Counted from the stretch's first letter, positions 20,528 through 33,844 are shown. The stretch: 64,000 nucleotides of DNA from an uncultured virus (IMG/VR IMGVR_UViG_3300005239_000324) (IMGVR_UViG_3300005239_000324); one strand, 5' to 3'. Translations and numbers: made by a program. Notes: generated by a model from the letters alone, not told the origin.

Positions 20528-21537
20528 ATGGGATTAGATATATTAAACCCTGCAAATGCGTTTCCTCCAAGTTTAATTCCTCTACCAAAAGAATATGACT
20601 TTACCGTCAAATTACCTTTCTCTTAACGATGGTGGAGCTGGCGAAAGGATACGTTTGCACAACAATATCTACCTGAGCTTTACGAAGCAGAAGTAGAAAG
20701 ATACGGAAACCGAACAATTGGTGGTTTCTTGAGAATGGTAGGAGCTGAAATGCCTATGAGTTCTGATCAAGTTATTTGGTCTGAGCAAATAGACTTCATG
20801 TTTCTTACCAAGATGTTATTAAAAATGGTACTCATCATATTGATATTCCAATTGAAGCTGGAAAAGAGTGTGTAATTAGAGTCAGTCAAACTATAGTTAT
20901 TTCCGACGGTATAAACACCGTTAAAGCTTTGGTTAAAACAGTAGGACTTAGAGGAGCTACAGTTGCTGGAAAATCAAGAGTATTAGTAGAAGGTTATCAA
21001 GTTGCTAATTTAAACAGTCTAGCCGCTACAGCCACTTTAAAAGTGTTTGTATATGGTTCTGAGTTTGGAAAAGGAACAGACGGAATGACTGGTTCTGTAG
21101 AGCCTGATTTTACTCAATTTAGCAATAAACCAATTATTTTAAAAGATCATTTTGAAATTAATGGTTCTGATGCTGCTCAAATTGGTTGGGTTGAAGTTGC
21201 TACTGAAGATGGTACATCTGGATACTTATGGTATTTAAAAGCTCAATCTGAAACAAGATTAAGATTTGAAGACTATATGGAGATGTCTATGGTAGAAGCT
21301 GAGAAAAAAGGTGCTAATGGTACAACAACTGTTGATGGTACTGAAGGTTTATTTGCTGCTATTGAAGCAAGAGGAAACGTTTATAACGATTTCGCTGGCG
21401 CTGCTGCTCCTGGTTCTGGTGCTTTAGGTGATTTTGATACTATCTTAAAACAATTAGATACACAAGGCGCTATTGAAGAAAACATGTTATTCTTATCTAG
21501 AGCTACTGCTCTTGATTTTGATGATATGATTGCTGCT
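20528..21537 (+). CDS. Major capsid protein, allele A (frameshifts in 5' part, 3' truncated)
   Basis: FAQQYLPELYEAEVERYGNRT and GSDAAQIGWVEVATEDG blocks shared with 32381-33844. Confidence 0.8.
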
Positions 21538-21557
21538 NNNNNNNNNNNNNNNNNNNN

Positions 21558-23266
21558 CAGATGTTATGGAATGTGCTACCTTAAAAACAGACGATCTGGA
21601 TTTTCTTTTATGTCATCAGCAGAGCTTGTTAATCAAGCTACAATATCTTCCGATGCTAGGTTTGGAATACTTTCCAAGTCTGGAGCAGATGCCAAAAAAA
21701 TGTTCACAGATAAAGTTGTCCCAATATCAGTCAACTACCCGTTCTTTTTTAAACCCATTCAAGATGGTATGGATAGGCCGAAAACTGAATTGGCATATAG
21801 AGTTCCAGCATCAAAGCTTACTAGAAGAAAGCTTGAGATCGAATGAACAGCTTAGAGAACTAGACGGACTTGATACAACTATTGACTGGAAAAATACAGG
21901 TGATAACTCTTACGATGGTGAAAAGCTAAAACTATTAGCTCATGATGAAAGTGGTAAATGGGAAAGACCTGATAATATATTAAATAACTGGAGAGTTACA
22001 AAAACTACATTACGTCTAGGATCAAGAATCGTAGGTAAATGTATGATGGGCTCAACTTCAAATGCTTTAGATAAAGGTGGAGACAATTTCAAAAAATTAT
22101 ACTACAATTCAAACGTTAATAAAAGAAATCGAAACGGACAAACATCTTCTGGACTCTATAGCTTGTTCATTCCTATGGAATGGAACTATGAAGGATTCAT
22201 CGATACTTATGGATTACCTGTCTTCATTAGAAGTAAAAATACAGTCAAAGGAGTTGATGGTTATGAAATTACAACAGGAGTTATTGAAAACTGGGAAAAC
22301 GAAGTCGACGGCTTAAGAGAAGATCCTGATGGTTTAAATGAATACTATCGTCAGTTTCCAAGAACTGAAGCACATGCTTTTAGAGACGAAACAAAAGATA
22401 GTTTATTTAACTTAACTAAGATATACGAACAAATTGATTATAATGCTGAACTTAATAATTCAGCAGCTGTTACAGTAGGTAGCTTTCAGTGGGAAAATGG
22501 TATTAAAGATTCAAGGGTTATATTTAATCCAAATAGAAATGGTAGGTTCCAAATAAGTTGGGTACCACCTAAAAGCTTACAAAATCGAGTGATACTAAAG
22601 AATAACGGTAAATATCCTGGAAACGAACACGTTGGTGCTTTTGGTCTTGATAGTTATGATATATCAGGAACTGTTGATGGTAAAGGTTCTAATGGAGCTT
22701 TACATGGACTTACAAAGTTTTCAATGGAAGATGCACCGCCTAATCATTTCTTTTTAGAATATATATCAAGGCCACAAACAGCTGAAATATTTTTTGAAGA
22801 TGTATTAATGGCTATGGTATTTTATGGTATGCCTATATTAGCTGAAAATAACAAACCTAGGTTTTTATATTATTTAAAGAGAAGAGGTTATAGAGGTTAT
22901 TCTATGAATCGTCCTGATAAAGTTTGGAATAAGCTATCAACTACTGAAAAAGAAATAGGTGGAATACCTAACTCAAGTGAAGATATTAAGCAAGCACATG
23001 CTGCTGCTATAGAATCTTACATAGAAACTTATGTAGGATTAAAAGAAGATGGTTACGGTGATATGTACCATCAAAAGACATTAGAAGATTGGTCTAAGTT
23101 CAATATAAACAATAGAACAAAGCACGATGCTTCGATAAGTTCAGGTTTAGCTATTATGGCTTGTAATAAAAATAGATACACACCTGTTAATAAAAGACAG
23201 ATGAAAACTGTAGCTTTAGGTATTAAAAGATATGATAACACGGGTTATAATTCAAAAATAAAATAG
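21558..23266 (+). CDS. Terminase large subunit (5' truncated; frameshift near 21838)
   Basis: Walker A-like LKNRRSGFS, Walker B LLAHDESGK, MGST coupling motif, RNase H-like FGLDSYD, LAENN, HDA. Confidence 0.9.
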
Positions 23267-23728
23267 ATGATAAATACTAATTACAATAGTTCTTTTCCAG
23301 ATCAGGTTGTGCCAGATGTTGAAAAAGCTTCTTATGAGTATGGTTTACAAGTAGGTAGAGCCATTGAATCTGAGTGGTTTAGAAACGATAGAGGTTGGTA
23401 CGATAGATTTAATACGAACTATAATAATTTCCATAGGCTAAGATTATATGCTAGAGGAGAACAATCTATTCAAAAATACAAAGACGAATTATCTATCAAT
23501 GGTGACTTATCTTATTTAAACTTAGACTGGAAACCCGTACCAGTAATTCCTAAGTTTGTAGATATTGTTGTAAATGGTATGTCTCAAAGATCTTATGATA
23601 TAAAAGCTTATGCTCAAGATCCTGAGTCTATAATGAAAAGAACTGCTTATGCTGAAGCTCTACAAAGAGATATGATGCAAAAAGATCTTATCAACCAGAT
23701 ACACAAATGACAGGCTAGATGTTTCTAA
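23267..23728 (+). CDS. Portal protein, N-terminal fragment
   Basis: Near-identical to 16026-16490. Confidence 0.8.
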
Positions 23729-23748
23729 NNNNNNNNNNNNNNNNNNNN

Positions 23749-24968
23749 CAGCTGTAACTGGAAATGGAGCTGGAAATTTAGCTAAAATAGACATAACTAC
23801 CGGTGTTGGTAAAGAGTGCGCTATAAAAGTTAATCAAACAATAGTAGTACAAGGTGCTGAAGGTGAAATGACTGCTTTAGTAACAGCTGTTGGCGCTGTT
23901 AGCGGTGCTGGTGTTTGCACAATAGAAACTAAGCCTTATACAAATCTTGACTTTTCAACTGGTGCTAACGGCTTGTTTTTAGCCGCTGGATCTCCAGTAG
24001 TTGTGTTTGTTTACGGTTCTGAATATATAAAAGGGTCTAATCCTGGAGATGGAACTACAGATGCTATATCTACTTTAACACCTGCTTTCACTCAGTACAG
24101 TAACAAACCTATTATACTAAGAGATGAGTTTGAAGTTAATGGTTCTGACGCTGCTCAAATTGGCTGGGTTGAAGTTGCTACTGAAGATGGTGCTTCTGGA
24201 TACTTGTGGTATTTAAAAGCTGAGTCTGAAACTAGATTAAGATTTGAAGACTACATGGAAATGTCCATGGTTGAAGCTGAAAAAAAATCAGGAACTTCTA
24301 CTGTAGCTGTTGATGGTTCTGAAGGACTATTTGCTGCTATAAAAGATAGAGGTCAAGTAATGGACGGTTTTGCTGTTCCTGCTGGTGGATCTGGCGCTTT
24401 AGCTGATTTTGATGCTATTTTAAAGCAATTAGATAAAGAAGGTGCTATTGAAGAAAATATGCTTTTCTTAAACAGAGATTTAGCTTTAGACATAGACGAT
24501 ATGTTAGCTCAAGTTAATGGATCTGCTCAAAATGGAGCTGATGGATCATCTTATGGTTTGTTTAACAATGAATCAGAAATGGCATTAAATTTAGGTTTTT
24601 CAGGATTTAGAAGAGGTTCTTATGACTTTTATAAAACTGACTGGAAATACTTAAATGATGCTTCTACTAGAGGTGTCTTAGGAATGAATGCTCCACTAGC
24701 TGGTCAAACTGGAACTGTGGAAGGTGTTTTAATTCCTGCTGGAACTTCAACTGTTTATGATCAAATACTAGGTCAAAACATCAGACGTCCTTTCTTACAT
24801 GTAAGATATAGAGCTTCTGAAACTGAAGACAGAAGAATGAAGTCTTGGATCACTGGTTCTGTTGGTGGTGCTTACACTTCAAGTCTTGATGCTATGAAAG
24901 TTAATTTCTTATCAGAAAGATGTCTTTGTGTTCAAGGTGCAAATAACTTCGTGTTATTCCAATCTTAA
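23749..24968 (+). CDS. Major capsid protein, allele B (5' truncated)
   Basis: VFVYGSE, GSDAAQIGWVEVATEDG, LGFSGFRRGSYDFYKTDWKYLND, FLSERCLCV. Confidence 0.85.
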
Positions 24969-24996
24969 ACAAAACANNNNNNNNNNNNNNNNNNNN

Positions 24997-25839
24997 TCAG
25001 ATAGAGTGCTGTTACAGATGAAAAATTGCAGAATTTAAACTGAAATGACCAAACAGTAGCTGAAAAACTATTGGTGGTACGAATCTTTTACAACTCGTTC
25101 TGAGTTATATAGATTAGGTTCAATCACTTATGAACCAAACACTGCAACATATAAAGAAATGCAGAGAGTAGGTAGAGCAGAAATATACAATATTAGAAAA
25201 GCTCCTTTAACTGCACCTACAACAAATTATCCAATATATTTATACGAAGACAATAAAGCTTTAGTTTATCCTGATACAATAGTTAATCCTTTACATGTTA
25301 AAATGCAATATGTAAAGAAACCAACTGATGTTAGATGGGGTTATTTTACAGGTAATTTAGGACAATTAGTTCATGACACAACCGTGTACGGGCCAAACTT
25401 ATTAAATAATGGTGGTATACTTTCTAGCATAACAACTAATCCAACTGGTATAACAACAGATCAAACGTATACTAACTTAGTAACAACAGTTTCACCAGCA
25501 GGAGGAACTGGAGCTGTACTTTCTGCCGTAGTGTCAGGTGGAACTGTAACGTCTGTCTTGGTTACTACTCCAGGGTCTGGCTATAGTGTTAGTGATGTTT
25601 TAACAGTTTCTCAAGCTCAACTACCAGGAGGTAGCAGTGATTTAGATATAAAACTAACTGCTGCAGACTTTAACTCAGGTAGTACTTTTGGAACTACTAA
25701 TTTTGAATTACATAATTCTGAAAGAACTGAACTAGTTTTAAAAATGCTACTATATCAAGGTGTAGTAATAAGAGATCCACAAATTGTACAAGTTGCAGCA
25801 TCGAGAGTACAACAAGAAGAAGTAAACGAAAAATCATAA
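24997..25839 (+). CDS. Tail ring/head-tail adaptor protein 1, C-terminal part
   Basis: Allelic to 29284-30334; QYVKKPTDVRW; FELHNSE; second gene after MCP. Confidence 0.6.
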
Positions 25840-25842
25840 TAA

Positions 25843-26940
25843 ATGGGACTTATAACAGAAACTAACGCGCAATATTACTCTGGTCAACAAGCTTTTACTA
25901 CAGCTGGTGGTGCTGGTCCACATACTTTTACTTGCACTTTTAATACAAACTTAATAGATTTACCAGTTTCTAACTATACTATAACTAATAATGGTTCTCC
26001 TATTGGTGTTGCTGACTACTCAGTTTCTGAAAACATTATAACTATAACATCAACGCTAGTAGTTGGAAATATAGTTGTTAAACTATCTCAATCAGCTATA
26101 GATAACAACTATGGTAGCTACGAATATATAAGTTTAAATGACATTATAAATAACTTTATTGTAGCTTATATTGGTGCTGGAAAATTAATACCATCTGCAA
26201 AAAGAACTGATATAATGTTTCATGCTAAAAGAGGTTTGCAAGAATTTAGTTACGATACATTAAAAAGTATTAAATCACAAGAATTAACTATACCACCAAG
26301 CTTATCTATAGTTATACCACAAGACTATGTTAACTATGTTAAATGTTCTTGGATAGATAATGCTGGAGCTAAACATATTATATACCCAACTAGAGTAACT
26401 TCTAATCCAACTGAACTACCTTTACAAGATAATGATGGTATACCTTCTCAAGATAGTGATGGAGAAAACACTTTAGCTAATCAATCTTTAACTGAAGAAA
26501 AATGGAAAAACAGATCTCTAACTACAGACTTTCAACCAGATGATTACAGAGATTCTACTAATGAAGGTTTAATTGGCCAAAGATATGGATTACAACCTGA
26601 AGAAGCTCAAGTAAACGGTATGTTTACTATAAACGAAAGAACAGGTACTTTTTCTTTTTCAAGTGATTTAGCAGGTAAATTAATAATACTAGAATACATA
26701 TCTGATAATTTAGCTTATGACTTAGATATGAAACTACCTAAAATGGCAGAGCAAGCAATGTATATGCATATAGCTTATTCTATACTATCAGGTAGAGCAG
26801 GTATTCCAGAATATGTAGTAAATAGATTCAAGAGAGACCGTTCTAGCGCTCTTAGAAACGCTAAAATACGTTTAAGCAATATAAAGATAGAAGAGATCTC
26901 TCAAGTGTTTAGAAACAAATCTAAATGGATTAAACATTAA
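25843..26940 (+). CDS. Tail ring/tubular protein 2, allele 1
   Basis: SLNDIINNF, KRGLQEFSYD, IPQDYVNYVK, ILEYISD; position in head-tail block. Confidence 0.6.
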   Translation: MGLITETNAQYYSGQQAFTTAGGAGPHTFTCTFNTNLIDLPVSNYTITNNGSPIGVADYSVSENIITITSTLVVGNIVVKLSQSAIDNNYGSYEYISLNDIINNFIVAYIGAGKLIPSAKRTDIMFHAKRGLQEFSYDTLKSIKSQELTIPPSLSIVIPQDYVNYVKCSWIDNAGAKHIIYPTRVTSNPTELPLQDNDGIPSQDSDGENTLANQSLTEEKWKNRSLTTDFQPDDYRDSTNEGLIGQRYGLQPEEAQVNGMFTINERTGTFSFSSDLAGKLIILEYISDNLAYDLDMKLPKMAEQAMYMHIAYSILSGRAGIPEYVVNRFKRDRSSALRNAKIRLSNIKIEEISQVFRNKSKWIKH

Positions 26941-26942
26941 GT

Positions 26943-28718
26943 ATGCCAGAAATTAAAAATACTTTTCTAAAGTCTAAAATGAATAAAGATTTAGACTCTA
27001 GACTTATACCTAATGGTGAATATAGAGATGCTCAAAACTTAAGTGTTAGTAAATCTGAAGGAGCTGACGTAGGTTCTTTAGAAAACATATTAGGCAATAC
27101 TATTATATCTGATCTAAAAAACAAAATAAAAACTTTAGAAGCTGAAAAGCTACAAGAGTATTGGACAGGTTCAACAGTAACACCTACTGAAATTCAAACT
27201 AGTCAATTAGAAATTATAGGTTATTATTCAGCTGTTTCTATAGATACTTTGTTTTTATTTATAACAGACTATAGAGACTCATCTAATGATAGATTAAGTA
27301 ATTTTGCATATAATGATATTAGCACAAGTCCTCCTGGCCCACAGTTTGTAGCTAAAGGAGCAATGTGTTATATAGTTCAATTCAATTTAATATCTAATGA
27401 ATCTAGAATTTTAGTTGGTGGTAGTTTTCTTAATTTTTCTAAAACGCATCCTATATTAAATGTAAATTTACTTGAAGATTTACTTTTTTGGACAGACAAT
27501 AGAAACCAACCAAGAAAAATAAATATTAAAAAAGCTGCTTTAACAGGTAGTTTTAATGGATCTTGGGAAACTTGGAGTGGGTCAAAAACTAATAACCCTT
27601 ATTACTATAGTGAAGATCATATTTCAGTTGCTAAGTTTGCTCCGTATGAGTGTTTTAAGTTTATAAATTCATCTGATGAAAACACTTTAATATCTAATAG
27701 TGAAGAATTTTTACCTTATCATATAGCAACTTCTGTTGTTCAATCAGTACCAAGAACAAATTCAACTATAAAAATAGCAGGTAATTACGTATTATCAGGT
27801 AATAATCCTGATATAGTAGGTGATAATACATCTCCATATAACGATGCTGATAGACTTACGGTACATATAGATGATGTATATTATGATTACTTAATTAGTA
27901 GTGTAGCTATTAATGGAGCAAACACTGATATAATTTTAACTGAAGCTCTTGAAGATTCAAATCCTGACTTTCCTGCTAACGGATTGCAAATAAGCAACGG
28001 TGTTGTGTTAATAAGTAGAAAAAATCCAGATTATAATAGTAGTTATAGAGGAGATATTAATCTACTAAAAGATAAATTTCCAAAGTTCAGTTACAGGTTT
28101 AAATATGATGACGGAGAGTATTCCTTAATGGCTCCATTTACTCAAGCTGCTTTTACGCCTAAACAATTTGGTTATTTTATAGATGATGACGAGAATATAA
28201 CTTTACAATCTGGCAATGTTAAGTTTATGGAAAACAGAGTTGATCAAGTAAAATTAAATTTAACTCTGCCTTATAATGGTGATGAAATGAAAGATAGTTT
28301 GAAAGTCGAACAACTTCAGGTGCTTGTTAAAAACTCAGATGAATTAGCAGTTAGAGTAGTGGAAGATGTCGATGTTTCTAGGCTTGGTACAGATATAAGC
28401 TACGAATACAACTACTTGTCTTCTAAAGCCATTAAAACTCTACCAGAAGCTGATTTAATTAGAGTACACGATAAAATACCCGTTAGAGCTTTAACTCAAG
28501 AAATTATTAGTAATAGAGTAGTTTACGGAAACTATTTAGATAAACACACTTCTCCAATTAACTTAAACTATGAGTTAAATTATAATTCTAAATCAACCAC
28601 CTCGCCTAATGACAAGACCGCTATAGAGTTTCCAAACCATACATTAAAGCAAAATAGAAGTTATCAAGTTGGTGTTGTTTTAATAGATAGGTATGGTAGA
28701 GCTTCTAATGTTATATTA
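26943..28718 (+). CDS. Tail stabilisation/muzzle-like protein A, allele 1 (3' truncated)
   Basis: KMNKDLDSRLIPNGEYRDAQN, LFWTDNRNQPRKIN, FSYRFKYDDGEYS, NRVVYGNY, LKQNRSYQVGVV. Confidence 0.65.
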
Positions 28719-28738
28719 NNNNNNNNNNNNNNNNNNNN

Positions 28739-29225
28739 ACTTACAAAATTATTATCTTTATACCACCCAAAGCTTAATACTAAGTATCAAGAAAAAGATG
28801 ATGTGCTAGAAGCTGAAGATGAGTTAGATTATTTAGAAGTAGAAATAGAAGCTTTAAATGCTGCTGCAACTATGGATATAGACCAAGCTGAAGCAATATT
28901 AAGAGTAGAGCAAGGCTCTAGTGTTTCTAAAATGAGTTCTAAAGAACTTAAAAGAGATTTAATGCTTTTTGCTAGAACAAAACCTGTATTATTTATAGAA
29001 TTAGCAAATGATGAAAATGTTACTCTTAGAAACTTTGGTATTAGAGCTACTGAAGCTAATATACTAGGTTTATCTCAAGATCAAAGAACATTTACTTGGG
29101 CAAGTAATGGTAGAAAATTAATGAACGTTCCTTTTGACGAAAACCCATATTCAGCGTTAGCTGCTTGGTTTAAAACTGATGAAGGTGTTGAAGTTTATAA
29201 ATCTATCGAGAAAAAGTTCAAATAA
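28739..29225 (+). CDS. Conserved post-MCP protein, C-terminal fragment
   Basis: Allelic to 33908-34702. Confidence 0.75.
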
Positions 29226-29242
29226 CAAGTGACTATAATTAT

Positions 29243-29271
29243 GAGGGGTTACATAAGTAACCTCTCTTTTT
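29243..29271 (+). terminator. Intrinsic terminator-like hairpin
   Basis: GAGGGGTTAC-ATAA-GTAACCTCTC followed by TTTTT. Confidence 0.7.
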
Positions 29272-29283
29272 AAAATATTAAAA

Positions 29284-30334
29284 ATGGCAATAAGCGTAGA
29301 TACTGTATATAAAACTGTATTACTTATTTTAAATAAAGAACAAAGGGGTTATATGACACCTGATGAATTTAATAAAATAGGTAGTCAAGTACAAAGAGAA
29401 ATATTTGAGGCTTACTTTGAAGACTTAAATCAACAACTACGTATACCTCAGTCTGATATGGAATATTCAGATAGAGTTGCTGTTACAGATGAAAAAATTG
29501 CAGAATTTAAAACTGAAAATGACCAAACAGTAGCTGAAAAAACTATTGGTGGTACAAATCCTTTTACAACTCCTTCTGAGTTATATAGATTAGGTTCAAT
29601 TACTTATGAACCAAATACTGCAACATATAAAGAAATGCAGAGAGTAGGTAGAGCAGAAATATACAATATTAGAAAAGCTCCTTTAACTGCACCTACAACA
29701 AATTATCCAATATATTTATACGAAGACAATAAAGCTTTAGTTTATCCTGAAACAATAGTAAATCCTTTACATGTTAAAATGCAATATGTAAAGAAACCAA
29801 CTGATGTTAGATGGGGTTATTATACAGGTAATTTAGGACAATTAATCCATGACACAACTGTGTACGGACCAAACTTGTTAAATAAAGGATTGGAATATAA
29901 CATCTAGTATAACAACTAATCAAACAGATTTTACAAACGGAACTTACACAGGTAAACCAGGCACAACAGCTGGCTACACTACTAGTGGTTCTGGATCTGG
30001 ATTAGACATAACTATAACTATAGCTGGGCAAACAGCTACTGTAGTTAGTATAAACACTGCTGGAACAGGCTTTGCTGTAGGAGATACTATAACCGTTAGT
30101 GGTGATTCTGTCTTAGGTAGTGCAACTAGCGCCGACTTAATAATAACATTAACAGCTGCAAACTTTAATTCAGGTAGTACTTTTGGTACAACTAACTTTG
30201 AATTACATAATTCTGAAAGAACTGAACTAGTTTTAAAAATGCTACTATATCAAGGTGTAGTAATAAGAGATCCACAAATTGTACAAGTTGCAGCATCGAG
30301 AGTACAACAAGAAGAAGTAAACGAAAAATCATAA
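29284..30334 (+). CDS. Tail ring/head-tail adaptor protein 1 (frameshift near 29890)
   Basis: MAISVDTVYKTVLLILNKEQRGYMTPDEFN; 3' end matches 25670-25839. Confidence 0.65.
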
Positions 30335-30337
30335 TAA

Positions 30338-31471
30338 ATGGGACTTATAACAGAAACTAACGCTCAATATTACTCTGGACAACAGGTATTTACTCAACCA
30401 GCAGTAGTAAATCAAGTATTTGACTGGACTGGAGACACTGATTTAATTGTAGCTTTAGCTGGAGTTTCTAATACTAACTTTAAAGTTTTAGTTAATAATG
30501 CTCCAATAACATATGTTACTTCTACTCCAACCACCGATGAATATACATTATCTGCAGCTAATCAAATAACAATAGGTGGTACTCAAGTTACTGGAGATGT
30601 TATAGAAATAAAATTATTACAATTTGCTATAGATAATAACTATGGTAGTTATGAGTACATAAAGCTAGACGATATTATAAATAACTTTATTGTAGCTTAC
30701 ATAGGAGCTGGTAAATTAATACCATCTGCTAAAAGAACTGATATAATGTTTCACGCTAAAAGAGGTTTACAAGAATTTAGCTACGATACATTAAAAAGTA
30801 TTAAATCACAAGAGTTAACTATACCACCAAGCTTATCTATAGTTATACCACAAGACTATGTTAACTACGTTAAGTGTTCTTGGATAGACGATGCTGGAGC
30901 TAAACATATTATATATCCAACTAGAGTAACTTCTAATCCAACAGAATTGCCTATACAGGACGATGACGGTATACCAACTCAAGATACTCAAGGTGAAAAC
31001 ACTTTAGCAGTGCAATCAGAAACTGAAACTAGATGGGCTGCTCAAGGAAGTGAAAACGACTTAAGACCAGATGATTACAGGTATCCTTTTAACGAAGGTT
31101 TAATAGGTCAAAGATATGGTCTACAACCTGAAGAAGCTCAAGTAAACGGTAAATTTACTATAAACGAAAGAACAGGTACTTTTTCTTTCTCAAGTGATTT
31201 AGCAGGTAAATTAATTATATTAGAATATATATCTGATGGTTTAGCTGTAGACTTAGACATGAAACTACCTAAAATGGCAGAGCAAGCAATGTATATGCAT
31301 ATAGCTTATTCTATATTATCAGGTAGAGCAGGTGTTCCAGAATATGTAGTAAATAGATTCAAGAGAGATCGTTCTAGCGCTCTTAGAAACGCTAAAATAC
31401 GTTTAAGCAATATAAAGATTGAAGAGATCGCTCAAGTGTTTAGAAACAAATCTAAATGGATTAAACATTAA
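30338..31471 (+). CDS. Tail ring/tubular protein 2, allele 2
   Basis: Same core as 25843-26940 with a different N-terminal domain. Confidence 0.6.
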   Translation: MGLITETNAQYYSGQQVFTQPAVVNQVFDWTGDTDLIVALAGVSNTNFKVLVNNAPITYVTSTPTTDEYTLSAANQITIGGTQVTGDVIEIKLLQFAIDNNYGSYEYIKLDDIINNFIVAYIGAGKLIPSAKRTDIMFHAKRGLQEFSYDTLKSIKSQELTIPPSLSIVIPQDYVNYVKCSWIDDAGAKHIIYPTRVTSNPTELPIQDDDGIPTQDTQGENTLAVQSETETRWAAQGSENDLRPDDYRYPFNEGLIGQRYGLQPEEAQVNGKFTINERTGTFSFSSDLAGKLIILEYISDGLAVDLDMKLPKMAEQAMYMHIAYSILSGRAGVPEYVVNRFKRDRSSALRNAKIRLSNIKIEEIAQVFRNKSKWIKH

Positions 31472-31473
31472 CT

Positions 31474-31692
31474 ATGCCAGAAATTAAAAATACTTTTTTA
31501 AAGTCTAAGATGAATAAAGACTTAGACTCTAGACTTATACCAAATGGTGAGTATAGAGATGGTCAAAATATTAGTGTTAGCTCTTCTGAAGGGTCTAGTG
31601 TTGGGGCTCTAGAGAACATAAGAGAAACAGCTTTTAACTAGTTTTGGGTTAACAGATTTCATTTAAAATATAGGACACACGTAGATACTGAA
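31474..31692 (+). CDS. Tail stabilisation-like protein A, N-terminal fragment
   Basis: MPEIKNTFLKSKMNKDLDSRLIPNGEYRD. Confidence 0.65.
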
Positions 31693-31712
31693 NNNNNNNN
31701 NNNNNNNNNNNN

Positions 31713-32365
31713 ACTTCTTATTAGAAGATAACTTTTCATTTGACGAAGATGTGGATGAAGAGCGAGACATAAAGAAAAAGAAACTCGCCTTCAAAGAAGA
31801 AATTGCTAAAGCCCGTAAATTTTTAGAGGACACTAAGAGTAAATATTACGACGAAATCAAGTTGAGACCCGGCGTAACTCAAGACCAACAAAAAGCTACT
31901 GACTTTTTCAATAGATACAACGAAGAACAGAAAATGGTTCAAGATCAACACAAGAGGTTCCAGAATAACACTAAAAACTACTTTAACCAAGAATTCAAAG
32001 GTTTTGACTTCAATATTGGTGAAAAGAAATTTAGATATGGAGTTTCGGATACTGATGGTGTTGCTAACACCCAATCTGATCTAACTAATTTTGTTGGGAA
32101 GTTCCTAAATAAAAAAGGTGAAGTAAAAGATTATGCTGGTTACCACAAAGCCATTTATGCTGCTGAAAATGCTGATACAATAGCTAATCATTTTTATGAG
32201 CAAGGCAAAGCCGATGCTGTAAAAGATATGATGGCTAAATCCAAAAATGTAAGTAATGAACCTAGAGTAACATCTACAGGTGATGTATTTATTAATGGAT
32301 TAAGAGTAAAAGCAATTAGCGGTGTAGATAGTTCAAAGTTAAAATTAAAAATAAAAAACAAATAA
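31713..32365 (+). CDS. Putative scaffolding protein, C-terminal part
   Basis: Near-identical DNA to 19856-20508. Confidence 0.65.
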
Positions 32366-32380
32366 TTAAAATTTAAAAAA

Positions 32381-33844
32381 ATGGCAATATCACCAGTTGC
32401 GGCTAATATTACACCAATGCCGCAGAAAAACGCGTTAGCTTCTAACTATCTTAATTTTACAGACAGTAGTGGAAATGATTTCGCACAACAATATCTACCT
32501 GAGCTTTACGAAGCGGAAGTAGAAAGATACGGAAACAGAACTTTATCTGGTTTCTTGAAAATGGTAGGAGCTGAAATGCCTATGACTTCTGATCAAGTAG
32601 TTTGGTCTGAACAAAATAGACTACATGTAGCTTATAACACTGTTACTGGTCCTACTTTAGCAACTCCATTTACTGCAGACAGTAATTTTACTTTTACTAA
32701 TGCTACAGCTATGGCTATTAAAGCTAATCAAACTATTATAGTTAGCGAAGGTTATACAAGTATTAAATTGATAGTTAAATCAGTTGCTACTAATAATTTA
32801 TCATTCATAGCTTACCCTTATGCTTCTGCAACTTTAAATGGAGTTATAACTTCTGCTGCTACAAATCTTAAAGTTTTTGTATATGGCTCTGAATTTGCAA
32901 AAGGAAGTAATGGTATGGTTGAGTCAATCGAACCTCAGTTTACGAAGTTTGAAAACTCTCCAGTTATTATAAAAGATAAATACGCTATTTCTGGTTCTGA
33001 CGCTGCTCAAATTGGGTGGGTTGAAGTTGCTACTGAAGATGGAACATCTGGATACTTATGGTATTTGAAAGCTGAGTCTGAAACAAGATTACGTTTTGAA
33101 GATTATCTTGAAATGGTATCTGTAGAAGGTGAATTAGCTACTAATACTTCAGCTGCTGTTGTTAATGCTGCAGATATTGCTGGATTTAGCGCTACTGTTA
33201 AACCTAAAGGTACACAAGGTTTATTCGCCGCTGTAGAAGCTAGAGGTAATGTATATTCTGACTTTGCTACTCCTACTGGAGGAAGCGGTTCTTTAAGTGA
33301 TTTTGATGCGATACTCAAAAGGTTAGACAAAGAAGGTTCTATTGAAGAAAACATGATGTTTTTAAACAGAGGTTTAGCTTTAGAAATTGATGATATGTTA
33401 GCTTCTGTTAATGGAGCTACTCAAGGTTCAACTGCGGTAGGTGCTTCTTACGGCTTGTTTAACAATGAGTCAGAAATGGCATTAAATTTAGGATTTTCAG
33501 GTTTTAGAAGAGGTTCTTATGACTTTTACAAAACTGACTGGAAATATTTAAATGATGCTACTACAAGAGGTTTAACTCAAGATATTGATGGTGTTATGGT
33601 TCCTGCTGGAACTTCAACAGTATACGATCAAATTTTAGGTCAAAACATTAGAAGACCATTCTTACATGTAAGATATAGAGCTTCTGAAGCTGATGACAGA
33701 AAAATGAAATCTTGGGTAACTGGATCTGTAGGTGGAGCTTACACTTCTGATTTAGATGCTATGGAAGTTCACTTTTTATCTGAAAGATGTCTTTGTGTGC
33801 AATGTGCTAATAACTTTGTATTATTTAAGTCAACTGAAGCTTAG
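32381..33844 (+). CDS. Major capsid protein, allele C (complete, 487 aa)
   Basis: After portal and scaffold, followed by a terminator; conserved blocks shared by four alleles. Confidence 0.85.
   Translation: MAISPVAANITPMPQKNALASNYLNFTDSSGNDFAQQYLPELYEAEVERYGNRTLSGFLKMVGAEMPMTSDQVVWSEQNRLHVAYNTVTGPTLATPFTADSNFTFTNATAMAIKANQTIIVSEGYTSIKLIVKSVATNNLSFIAYPYASATLNGVITSAATNLKVFVYGSEFAKGSNGMVESIEPQFTKFENSPVIIKDKYAISGSDAAQIGWVEVATEDGTSGYLWYLKAESETRLRFEDYLEMVSVEGELATNTSAAVVNAADIAGFSATVKPKGTQGLFAAVEARGNVYSDFATPTGGSGSLSDFDAILKRLDKEGSIEENMMFLNRGLALEIDDMLASVNGATQGSTAVGASYGLFNNESEMALNLGFSGFRRGSYDFYKTDWKYLNDATTRGLTQDIDGVMVPAGTSTVYDQILGQNIRRPFLHVRYRASEADDRKMKSWVTGSVGGAYTSDLDAMEVHFLSERCLCVQCANNFVLFKSTEA

Noticed and set aside
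19570..20900. Frameshifts in scaffold and MCP allele A (also near 2672, 9083, 12127, 21838, 29890) as pseudogenes or slippage sites
   Set aside because: Isolated single-base indels in probably essential genes, mostly intact in sister alleles; sequencing error is likelier. The scaffold and terminase sites have no second allele here to confirm.
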